Virus record (IMG/VR): IMGVR_UViG_3300025128_000017
Span: 32,158-96,157 of that record
Direction: 5' to 3' (one strand)
DNA length: 64,000 nucleotides
DNA from: a virus
The stretch's first letter is position 1, and each line of letters begins with the position of its first letter. A model generated the notes under the pieces. That model was not told the origin of the DNA, searched no databases, and saw nothing but the letters and a program-made list of their open reading frames with translations. The position numbers and the translations under genes are program-made. This document shows positions 19,529 to 27,447 of this stretch, in pieces.

Positions 19529-19542
19529 TTATTTTCAATCAT
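19081..19542 (-). CDS. Internally duplicated hypothetical protein
   Basis: Start corrected to the ATG 29 nt after TATA; two 62-aa units. Confidence 0.65.
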   Translation of the reverse strand: MIENKMNIMEEIENGSKLLIVRDAVPYGKVGVDIILDNGEIHQGVIDIHAHRELLRKSSIRLYREALDAIADYYGLITLMESLDDPLVMNIMEEIESGSKILIVRDAVPVGKIGIDIILDNGEIHKGVIDIRTHRELLITLMESLDDPLVVTE

Positions 19543-19554
19543 ATCCTTTATTAA

Positions 19555-19577
19555 TTCTGTTCTTTTATATACTGAAA
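19555..19577 (-). promoter_or_regulatory. Early promoter copy
   Basis: TATA starts 19571, ATG 19542 (29 nt). Confidence 0.85.
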
Positions 19578-20064
19578 AGAATTCAAGCCCACTCACTACA
19601 CGCAATCCAACAACAAAAACCCAACAACAACCTATTGCGAGGGTATTATTCTAGTGATTCCAATAATTCGTTTGTACACATGAATAATTCGGACTTTATT
19701 ATTATTCATACCCCCCTACACTCAATATATACTACTATTATTATTATGTATAGATGAATAATAGATTAATTAGAAACATTTGCTGACGTGTATTTGCTTT
19801 TTGCTTATACACATACGTGCGTATATGTATATAGGGATTGAAAATAGTGGCACTGCATACGGGGTTACGTCATGTTCCCCAACAACAACGGTTTGATTGA
19901 TATGATAGTCCTCTCTTTGTGCGTACCGCTCTATCAAAAACCTACATATTATCAGAATATACCCATCCATATGGGTGGCAACCCCGATTTTTAGACGTAT
20001 AACGCACCTTTGTTGATTTTTGACGTAATTAGGCACTATTGCGATAGGGTGCATATCGCAAGCC

Positions 20065-20097
20065 AAAAAAAAAGCCCCACCCCGTGAGGGGTGAGGC
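20065..20097 (-). terminator. Hairpin plus U9 terminator
   Basis: GCCTCACCCC-TCAC-GGGGTGGGGC-TTTTTTTTT. Confidence 0.8.
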
Positions 20098-20107
20098 GTG
20101 TGTTAGG

Positions 20108-20138
20108 CCACACCTATGAGCCGAAGCCCATAGGGTGG
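20108..20138 (-). other. Stable RNA hairpin with C(UUCG)G tetraloop in a 3' UTR
   Basis: CCACCCTATGGGC-TTCG-GCTCATAGGTGTGG. Confidence 0.7.
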
Positions 20139-20170
20139 TTATGCGGTCTGAACTATACGTGAGTACACAT

Positions 20171-21004
20171 TTATTGCATTGTAGACATGGTTTGTACGTA
20201 TGCTTTGACTTTCTCTGTGTCTGCACCATATATCTGAATGCCTTGTTTTACGAGTTCTTCATACCCAAGAGTAGAGGTAGGAGTATCTACAACAGGTGCA
20301 TTCACAGTATTATCTAAGGCACGACCTTCCATGATAAGTCCATGATTACGAGCATAGATGTAGGAAGCAAATCCTTTGCAGTCTTCTGGTGTATCGGCAG
20401 GGATAGGGAAGTTTTGATTGCTTGCCCATCTGATAGCGTCTTTACGAGTACCTTCGGATTCAGCAGTTCTACCTACACCCCAATTGTAAGCCACTTTCAC
20501 ATCAGCCATTTTCTCTTCGTGTGGTCTAGCATTCTTAGGAGTACGTGTGATTGCTCTATATGCAATACCAGCACCGAAAGAAGCACCACTTAGGCCATAT
20601 GCCATTAGGTTAATCTTACGTGGGTTTTGCCCACCTACTTGGTATGGTATATTCATCAATGCACTGGTGGATTTACCACGTAGTGCGGCTGGCCCAACTA
20701 TGCTTACTTCACCTTTAGCAGTACGTATGACACTTGTTGCTTTATCCGCATCCCTAGATAGGTTAGCAGCCCATGTATTTAGGTATACTTGTGCTTGTTC
20801 GTAGGTTATCACAGCAGGGGTAGGTGTTTTACATACCACAGGATAATCGACTGTATCACAATCGAAGTGTTCGTTACGTAGTACTTGACCCGCCTTAAGG
20901 GATGATAACCCCTTCACAAGAGAGCCATATGCACCCTCATAGGAAGACACTTTACCGTCCTCATTCATCTTTACATTCATCTTTTTCTCAGTCTGTTTTG
21001 ACAT
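20171..21004 (-). CDS. Monocistronic early protein, unknown function
   Basis: Own promoter (29 nt to ATG) and terminator; start corrected to MSKQTE. Confidence 0.8.
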   Translation of the reverse strand: MSKQTEKKMNVKMNEDGKVSSYEGAYGSLVKGLSSLKAGQVLRNEHFDCDTVDYPVVCKTPTPAVITYEQAQVYLNTWAANLSRDADKATSVIRTAKGEVSIVGPAALRGKSTSALMNIPYQVGGQNPRKINLMAYGLSGASFGAGIAYRAITRTPKNARPHEEKMADVKVAYNWGVGRTAESEGTRKDAIRWASNQNFPIPADTPEDCKGFASYIYARNHGLIMEGRALDNTVNAPVVDTPTSTLGYEELVKQGIQIYGADTEKVKAYVQTMSTMQ

Positions 21005-21016
21005 GGTAACTTCATA

Positions 21017-21038
21017 TTCTGTTCTTTTATATACTGAA
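21017..21038 (-). promoter_or_regulatory. Early promoter copy
   Basis: TATA starts 21033, ATG 21004 (29 nt). Confidence 0.85.
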
Positions 21039-21093
21039 GTGGATTTTTGATAGGACTTGTCCATTTTTTTTGACTGGTAACGGTACTTTTTTC

Positions 21094-21464
21094 ACGTAAC
21101 CCTACCGTGTGTGTGAGTTTTACCTGTCGGTAACAAGAGGAGGGTATAGTATACCCCTACCATATGGGTGGGAAGTTCCAACATTGGGAGTGGGTTGTTG
21201 GTGTTTGCATCAAGCAAATGCAGCATCACGCTGTTGTTGAAGCGTTGTTGGAAGGTTGGGGGTATCAGGCGACCCACCAACAACAAACCCTCAACACCAA
21301 CAGCGTCACGCTCGGTGGGTTGTTGTTGTTGGCACGTAACCCTAGCATCACGCTGAGTTTAGCGTCACGCTCGCCCCACCAACAACCTTTGATTCCAACG
21401 TAATTAAGCACTTTTAGCGTCACGCTAAGGCGGAGTGATACGTAACCCTAGGCCACGTAACCCT
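21094..21464. repeat. Non-coding array: 5x AGC(G/A)TCACGCT palindrome, 4x ACGTAACCCT, CCAACAAC tracts
   Basis: Palindromes at 21222, 21302, 21344, 21361, 21416; 10-mers at 21094, 21334, 21440, 21455. Confidence 0.8.
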
Positions 21465-21635
21465 CTTTTAGTCACACACAACGCTGTGAAAAAATTTGAC
21501 TGAGGGCGAAAAACATAGCGGAAACGCACTTTTAAAAAAATTTTTTGTAAATTTTTGTTGTTGGGGGTGCGTTGTTGCCCCAAAACATTGTTTCCCGCTA
21601 TGTTAATATCCAAACACTAAGTCGGACAAGACGTT

Positions 21636-22340
21636 ATGAGCAGCGGCTTTGGTAAAAACAGTGATTTTCATTATTTGTCGCCAAATTTTGTGTTAAAGGC
21701 GAAAAGGTCGGGCGAATATTCTACGCCTGACCATGTTTTGTTGGATAATGTTAGGAATAATAGGCCAAATTCAGCAGATGATAGGCTAACGCCGGAAGAA
21801 ATGCAAAGAAAAAAAATAGAAATGGCTATGATGAACAAACCTAACCCGGATATGATGAAAAGTGATGACAAAAAGAAACCTGCGATGGCTCTTGTGATTT
21901 CTGTTGGACCTAAAATGCCAAAAAAACCTACAGACACGGCAACTCCTGACAAAATGAAAAAATATGGTACTATGAAAAAAGCATGGAGTGTTTTAAAAAA
22001 TAACATGGAAGTTGGAATGTGCAAAAATTGTGAAGGTACTGGTAAAATTCCGTTTAGAGCATCGCAAGCAAGAGGAAGGTTTGACCCTAATCCAGAAGCA
22101 GGACAAATAGGAGACCCATGCCCATCATGCGGGGGTGATGGGAGTGCCCCTATAAGTGACCCTGCTTTTACATCAATGCAACAAAAATTAACTGGTGAGC
22201 CTATGAATTTAGCATTTAGATTACTTAAAGAGTCTATTGACCCTAAAAAATTAGCAGAAATGAGAGCAGCAAGAGATGCTGCTAGAAGACAAATGGGTCA
22301 ATCAAATCCCGAAAGAGGCGGAGATGTTGACCCAATTTGA
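21636..22340 (+). CDS. Tagged virion-region protein with DnaJ-type Zn finger
   Basis: AWSVLK and EPMNLAFRLLK tags flank CKNCEGTG...CPSCGGDG. Confidence 0.7.
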   Translation: MSSGFGKNSDFHYLSPNFVLKAKRSGEYSTPDHVLLDNVRNNRPNSADDRLTPEEMQRKKIEMAMMNKPNPDMMKSDDKKKPAMALVISVGPKMPKKPTDTATPDKMKKYGTMKKAWSVLKNNMEVGMCKNCEGTGKIPFRASQARGRFDPNPEAGQIGDPCPSCGGDGSAPISDPAFTSMQQKLTGEPMNLAFRLLKESIDPKKLAEMRAARDAARRQMGQSNPERGGDVDPI

Positions 22341-23322
22341 CATCGCTTGGTCTTTTTTGAAGGCCGATGATGATGCAAAGTTAATGGCTGAAATACAAAG
22401 GCAACTTGCTGAATTTAGAAATAATGAAAATATGAGCAACGATGTATCTGAGCAACCCGCTACAGAACCTCAATCTTTTAATCCAAGTGAAAGAAAACTT
22501 GCTTTTCCTAGAAAACGTAGTAAAAAATATTCTATACCAATAAGACAAGACGAATCGAATGAAGAATTTAAATTAGGACCTTCGTTTAGAGAAAGAACTG
22601 ATGAATCGCAAGGTTCACAAATGCAAATAGAAGAACAAAAACGACAAGCCGTTGAAAGATTAAAAAATAAAATAAAAAGAAAAAATGAAGTTGCAGTAAC
22701 GAGAGGCGGTAGTGGTGTTTACGCTGACGATGAACATGCAGAAACAGTTAGGCAAGATTGGTTAGACTCAATGTCTGATGATGAAAGACAAAGATTTGCA
22801 GAACATGAAGAAGATTTCAACACTTTGGCTATATTGGCAGAAATGAAAAGACAAGGTGCAGTAGACCAAGACGCATTGGGTATGTATGGAGAAAATCTTG
22901 CTAGTGGTGCTATGTTGTTGGCTACTCCTGAGTCACAGCGTGATGAAAATTGGAATAATGCATTGAAAAACCACAAATTGGCTCATGCTGTGCATAATGA
23001 TGAGTTAGACAATTCTTTTGATGGTTATGATAAAGTTTCAGACAATGTTGGTGTGGTTGATAACAACAAAAAAATGGCTGAAAAATTATATGGTTACAAA
23101 GAAGATGTTGACGAAGAAGAAGAAGACGATGGTGATGAATTACTTCCAGATGATTATGTTATGCCCGGTTCGCCAGTTGCTTTACAAAATGAAAAGAAAG
23201 AACAAGAAAATAATACTTTACAAAACGAAATTGCACGTCAAATTGCAGAATACAATAAAAACATGGTTGGTGTTACAAATAAACCACAATATACTGAAGA
23301 AGACTATGAAGCAGGTGATTAA
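22324..23322 (+). CDS. Acidic tagged protein
   Basis: Start MLTQFDIAWSFLKA with GGCGGAG RBS. Confidence 0.75.
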   Translation: MLTQFDIAWSFLKADDDAKLMAEIQRQLAEFRNNENMSNDVSEQPATEPQSFNPSERKLAFPRKRSKKYSIPIRQDESNEEFKLGPSFRERTDESQGSQMQIEEQKRQAVERLKNKIKRKNEVAVTRGGSGVYADDEHAETVRQDWLDSMSDDERQRFAEHEEDFNTLAILAEMKRQGAVDQDALGMYGENLASGAMLLATPESQRDENWNNALKNHKLAHAVHNDELDNSFDGYDKVSDNVGVVDNNKKMAEKLYGYKEDVDEEEEDDGDELLPDDYVMPGSPVALQNEKKEQENNTLQNEIARQIAEYNKNMVGVTNKPQYTEEDYEAGD

Positions 23323-23325
23323 CGC

Positions 23326-23340
23326 CAACAGTATATAAAG
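23326..23340 (+). promoter_or_regulatory. Promoter variant CAACAGTATATAAAG
   Basis: 15/15 identical to the copy at 12547. Confidence 0.5.
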
Positions 23341-23380
23341 CACAAGTTTTATTTACACACTACGTGTAGCATATATACAG

Positions 23381-23584
23381 ATGAGTGCGAGCCAAAGAGC
23401 GTTTGATGATGCTTGGTTGATGTTAAAGTCTCAGCCTGTAGGTTTGTCATTTACTAAATCTCAAAGAGACAAAATTGTTCATACAATTGTTAAGATGATG
23501 CAAAGTGATAACCCTGAAATGATAGAAAAAGCCACAGAATTGTACAGTCTCTACAATAATTCTTTTGATATTACTCTGAATTGA
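23381..23584 (+). CDS. Small tagged protein
   Basis: AFDDAWLMLKS. Confidence 0.7.
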   Translation: MSASQRAFDDAWLMLKSQPVGLSFTKSQRDKIVHTIVKMMQSDNPEMIEKATELYSLYNNSFDITLN

Positions 23585-23903
23585 AACCAGTTGTTGTGCC
23601 AGCGTGTTCTCTAGCGTCCGTAGCGGCTTCTTGTATTTTATTACCTGTGTCGCCTACTTTAGCACCAACTTTTTTCCCTGCTTTTCTGCCAGCCATACCA
23701 CCGACTAGTGAACCAACTCTTGCACCAATTGCTGTTCCAATTCCCGGAACTACACTTCCAATCGCAGCACCAAGTGCAGCACCACCAGCAGCACCTGCCG
23801 CAGTTCCACCAACAGCACCACCACCAGCACCTACTTTTCCTTCAGTGGTTTTAGCATCGCCGTATTTTAAAACAGACCACGCTTCTTCAAATGGGTCGAC
23901 CAT
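23571..23903 (-). CDS. Tagged glycine-zipper protein (opposite strand)
   Basis: PFEEAWSVLKY followed by GxxxG repeats (GAALGAAIGSVVPGIGTAIGARVGSLVGG). Confidence 0.75.
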   Translation of the reverse strand: MVDPFEEAWSVLKYGDAKTTEGKVGAGGGAVGGTAAGAAGGAALGAAIGSVVPGIGTAIGARVGSLVGGMAGRKAGKKVGAKVGDTGNKIQEAATDAREHAGTTTGFNSE

Positions 23904-23930
23904 AATAAGCGGAGGAAGGGGAAGGTAAAA

Positions 23931-24701
23931 ATGCTGTCGCCTTTCGTAAGACCTATCATGTACGTAGGTGTTATACGGAAAGCACCTGTAGATTTCTCAA
24001 CATATCAGCAAGTACAAGACAATGGAAGAACAATTCATACTGCTGATGCTTATGAAGATGGAACTGAAGCAAACGAATACACCTCTCCTAATTATCAATT
24101 AAGAGCAGAAACAGAAGGTTTAGGTGGTAGAAAACCGTTTGCACAAGTTGTTGCAGGAAAAGTAGGTAGAACACCAATAGGTACAGATACAGAAGACCAA
24201 AGTTTTGGAGAACCTACAAACATTAGAGGTAAGGCTACCTTTAGTAGAGTACCTGCAAGAGAAGATTTCAAATTAGATGATGAAGAAGCGGGAAATTTAG
24301 CAGCAGACAATGTTTATGTTGATGAAGCAGATAGAAGACGAGGTATTGGTTCTGACATGTACGATTTAATGGCACATATAGGTGAACGAAAAAATATGAA
24401 TTTAGTTCCATCTGAAAATCAAACCGCTGATGGAAAAAAATTTTGGAGTAAAAGTGGTCAAGAAGGTCAATGGAGGATTAATAGAAGTGAACCTATGAAT
24501 ATAACTTTACAACTACTAAAGGGAAAAAGTTACATTCAAGATAGACCAAAACGACTCGCACAAGCCAAAGTTCAACGTCTTAGCCGAAAAGTTAAGAACG
24601 CACGCACTCAACACAAGTACAAACGTAATTTGGCTCGTGGAGCAATTAGACCAAAAATGAGGACACAAACCGGATTAATTAGAGTAACAAGGAGTAGATG
24701 A
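23931..24701 (+). CDS. GNAT acetyltransferase-domain protein with internal tag and basic tail
   Basis: VYVDEADRRRGIGSDMY (motif A), QTADGKKFW; EPMNITLQLLKG; probable start MYVG at 23958. Confidence 0.7.
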   Translation: MLSPFVRPIMYVGVIRKAPVDFSTYQQVQDNGRTIHTADAYEDGTEANEYTSPNYQLRAETEGLGGRKPFAQVVAGKVGRTPIGTDTEDQSFGEPTNIRGKATFSRVPAREDFKLDDEEAGNLAADNVYVDEADRRRGIGSDMYDLMAHIGERKNMNLVPSENQTADGKKFWSKSGQEGQWRINRSEPMNITLQLLKGKSYIQDRPKRLAQAKVQRLSRKVKNARTQHKYKRNLARGAIRPKMRTQTGLIRVTRSR

Positions 24702-24702
24702 T

Positions 24703-24996
24703 ATGAAACCAATAGACGCAGCATTTTCTTTTTTAAAAGCAGCAGGACCAATGAGACAATTAATGGATAATCCAGCCGACCCACAGAGTGAGTTAGTTGC
24801 TGGTGATGATGAAAAATTACAACAAGCGTATGAAGAAGCACATAAAGAAATAGATGAGCATCATAAAAAGAAGCAGACTGCACAAAAAAGAAGAGATGAA
24901 ATGAATCATCGCAATTCCAAGAAAGATGTTGACAAATTCTATGAAGATAATCACCCTGATTTCTTTAGCAGTTTAACTAAACCTGAATTAGATTAA
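24703..24996 (+). CDS. Small tagged coiled-coil protein
   Basis: PIDAAFSFLKA. Confidence 0.7.
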   Translation: MKPIDAAFSFLKAAGPMRQLMDNPADPQSELVAGDDEKLQQAYEEAHKEIDEHHKKKQTAQKRRDEMNHRNSKKDVDKFYEDNHPDFFSSLTKPELD

Positions 24997-26181
24997 GTGA
25001 TTATGATGAACCCGTTTGACGTTGCTTTTGAATTTATTAAAGCACCTCCACCTGATTTATATTACAATGCTGAAGAAAGTGTACCATACGATAATGACGC
25101 AATGCATAATATAATGGGTACTGCTAAATTACAAGAAGTATTACAAGAAGACCCCGCTGTAATGGTAGATGCACATTTTGGTGCTTTCGATGAAGGTGTT
25201 AGAGGGGCAGATTTAAACCCAAAAGGGATGAATTATGGTATGCCTTATCATAAACTTATTACTAACCAACGAATGAAACCAGAAACAATTAATTTCATAA
25301 GAACTTTAGGAGCATCTGAAACATCTCCAGTTGGGATGAGTGTTGATGCAAAACAAATTTCAAACATAGTACATGACGGAGAAGATTGGATACACAGTAA
25401 AGAAAAAAATAAAGGTCATTGGCAATATTCAATCAAACCTCTTGTGGGTACATCAGAAACTGGAAGAAAACAATTTCCCAATTTTGATTTAGGTGATATG
25501 AGATTTTTAAATGATATGGAAAATATGTCCGATGAAGAAAAATTTCATAGAGATTTTTTCCTATCTGAAAAAGGGCAAGACATGTTTTATAGTGATGATA
25601 ATCATCATAAAGCGAAAAGAGATTCTATAGAATACTCCGTAAATGCACCAGATGAAAATTCTACTGCTGAAGAATTGATGACTTATTATTCTAATACAGG
25701 GGCAAAAGGTGCTGAATGGTATCCACATTTATCTGAAGCAGGAAGAAAATACATAAATAAAAATTTAGGAAAACCGGGATTTGCAAAGCCTATAAAAATC
25801 CTTATAGATAATGCAATGGTGGAAAGAAAGAGAGTTTTAGAGGCAAGGGAAGAGGCAAAGAAGCGAGGTCCTTTAGACGAACAAGGTAGACAAATTTCCG
25901 TTAAAAGCGAACCAATGGATATAGCCTTCCAATTACTGAAAGAACGTAAGTCACCTGAAGCGTTTGCCAACAAAAAGAAATACGATAGTGAATATCAAAA
26001 AACACCAAAGCGTGTAAAATATCGTGAACAACTAAATGCAGAACGTAGAAGAAGAGGAATATATGGCAAAGGTGGAAAAGATGTCAGCCATACACAAGGT
26101 GGAAAATTAACATTAGAAAGTGTTCATGCTAATAGAGCAAGACACTTTAAGAATAAAGGAACGCTTAGGAGAGTGAAATGA
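24997..26181 (+). CDS. Doubly tagged protein with C-terminal HNH-like domain
   Basis: PFDVAFEFIKA, EPMDIAFQLLKE; GKDVSH...NRARH. Confidence 0.65.
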   Translation: MIMMNPFDVAFEFIKAPPPDLYYNAEESVPYDNDAMHNIMGTAKLQEVLQEDPAVMVDAHFGAFDEGVRGADLNPKGMNYGMPYHKLITNQRMKPETINFIRTLGASETSPVGMSVDAKQISNIVHDGEDWIHSKEKNKGHWQYSIKPLVGTSETGRKQFPNFDLGDMRFLNDMENMSDEEKFHRDFFLSEKGQDMFYSDDNHHKAKRDSIEYSVNAPDENSTAEELMTYYSNTGAKGAEWYPHLSEAGRKYINKNLGKPGFAKPIKILIDNAMVERKRVLEAREEAKKRGPLDEQGRQISVKSEPMDIAFQLLKERKSPEAFANKKKYDSEYQKTPKRVKYREQLNAERRRRGIYGKGGKDVSHTQGGKLTLESVHANRARHFKNKGTLRRVK

Positions 26182-26248
26182 AACAAACATTACCTTTGCG
26201 GAGAATAAAAACAAGTAGTAGGTTTAATTGGTGGAAGTGTGACTTAAT

Positions 26249-26431
26249 ATGAGTTGTGAATGTGGTCATTGTGTAGGTATGGATGGAGCATGGGATATGC
26301 TTGAAAAAAAATTATGTCCTGCTGGTAAAGCGGCTGCAAAAAGAAAGTTCAAAGTTTATCCATCTGCATATGCTAATGGTTGGGCTGTACAATATTGTCG
26401 TGGTAAGTTTAAGGGGAAGAAAAAGAAATGA
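26249..26431 (+). CDS. Small basic tagged protein (PSAYA motif)
   Basis: AWDMLEKK then KVYPSAYANGWAVQYC. Confidence 0.7.
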   Translation: MSCECGHCVGMDGAWDMLEKKLCPAGKAAAKRKFKVYPSAYANGWAVQYCRGKFKGKKKK

Positions 26432-26640
26432 ATCATATTGCTAATGTGAAAGCATGGAATCTTCTCAAAGGGAAAGAGGATGCACCAAATTATCGGAAAG
26501 CCACAGGACCAAAAAAATGTGGTAATTGTAAAGCATGGGATTCTTCAAAAACAAATGACCCAATGACAGGGTATTGTGAAATGTATGATTTTACTTGTAG
26601 AGCAGACCATACTTGTGATGCATGGGTGAGTAAAAAATGA
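26428..26640 (+). CDS. Tagged 4-Cys HiPIP-like protein
   Basis: AWNLLKG; Y...CGNC...GYC...CDAW spacing. Confidence 0.55.
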   Translation: MNHIANVKAWNLLKGKEDAPNYRKATGPKKCGNCKAWDSSKTNDPMTGYCEMYDFTCRADHTCDAWVSKK

Positions 26641-26945
26641 CACGATGTACTTGTTATGATACTCTCGTAGTTAAAAACCTGAATCGTTGGTTTAAAGAAA
26701 AATGGGTAGATGTTTCAAGAAAAGACAAGGATGGCAAGCATCCACCGTGTGGGAGAAGTAAAGCAAAACTTTCAGGTAAAGGCTATCCAAAGTGTAGACC
26801 TTCTGTAAAAGTTTCAAGCGATACACCAAAAACTTCTGGTTCAATGAGTAGTGGACAAAAACAAGCAGCAACTAAAAGAAAAAGAGCCAAAAAACAAGGT
26901 GTTGGCGGAAAACCTACTATAGTAAAGATGGTTGGGGTGATATAA
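26637..26945 (+). CDS. Basic protein (L.RWFKE.WVD...CGR...YPKCRP family)
   Basis: Motif recalled from marine dsDNA viruses. Confidence 0.65.
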   Translation: MTRCTCYDTLVVKNLNRWFKEKWVDVSRKDKDGKHPPCGRSKAKLSGKGYPKCRPSVKVSSDTPKTSGSMSSGQKQAATKRKRAKKQGVGGKPTIVKMVGVI

Positions 26946-27298
26946 TGGAGCACGAGCCTTGTAATTGTTGCACACCTTTCCAACAAGCAACAGTCGCTTT
27001 GATGGATAATGTTTTTGAAAAGGCTAAAAAGAAATCTAAACCATTTCACGGTTACAATCCAAACAGACATAGCAGAAGTGGTGGTCTAAATGCAAAAGGT
27101 CGTGCAAAGTTCAAAAGAGAGACAGGTGCAAATCTTAAAAGACCTGTTACAAAGAAACCAAGTTCTCTAAAACCCGGTAGTAAAGCGGCAAAAAGAAGAA
27201 AGTCTTTCTGTGCAAGAATGGGTGGAAGTAAAGGTCCAACGAGCAAGGGTGGGAAACTTACCCCGAAAGGTGCAGCGTTGAAAAGATGGAATTGTTGA
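26945..27298 (+). CDS. Basic protein (GGL..KGR...RRKSFCARM...W.C, DUF6321-like)
   Basis: Motif recognition; GGTGA RBS. Confidence 0.65.
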   Translation: MEHEPCNCCTPFQQATVALMDNVFEKAKKKSKPFHGYNPNRHSRSGGLNAKGRAKFKRETGANLKRPVTKKPSSLKPGSKAAKRRKSFCARMGGSKGPTSKGGKLTPKGAALKRWNC

Positions 27299-27447
27299 TT
27301 ATTCCAATTATTCATTATTCTATCTATAATAAAGAATAATAATATATATTGTGTATAGAAAGAATAATGAAACATTAGAAACATTAGTTGTTAATTTTCA
27401 AAACCCTTATTATGTCAACCTCTGTGGCCTTTAACAAGGTCATTACT

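Noticed and set aside
20039-20170. tRNA gene
   Set aside because: Hairpins are present but there is no cloverleaf or T-loop consensus; no tRNA was recognised elsewhere by eye
15-20804. Numerous plus-strand ORFs in the left arm (e.g. 2508-3071), and likewise minus-strand ORFs in the right arm (e.g. 51586-52221, 60275-60868)
   Set aside because: They overlap well-supported opposite-strand genes and show no RBS or motifs
12359-21064. Shared N-terminal peptide SVYKRTE in three ORFs of the track
   Set aside because: It is the translated promoter sequence; true starts lie downstream
21094-21464. CRISPR or mini-CRISPR array
   Set aside because: Repeats are only 10-11 bp with irregular spacing; no cas genes
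21094-21464. Telomere-like TAACCC repeats
   Set aside because: Single dispersed copies within a 10-mer, not tandem
19770-21613. Short ORFs in the intergenic islands
   Set aside because: They run through repeats, hairpins and terminators, with atypical composition
23581-23928. Plus-strand Pro/Ala-rich 115-aa ORF
   Set aside because: Antisense shadow of the tagged glycine-zipper gene
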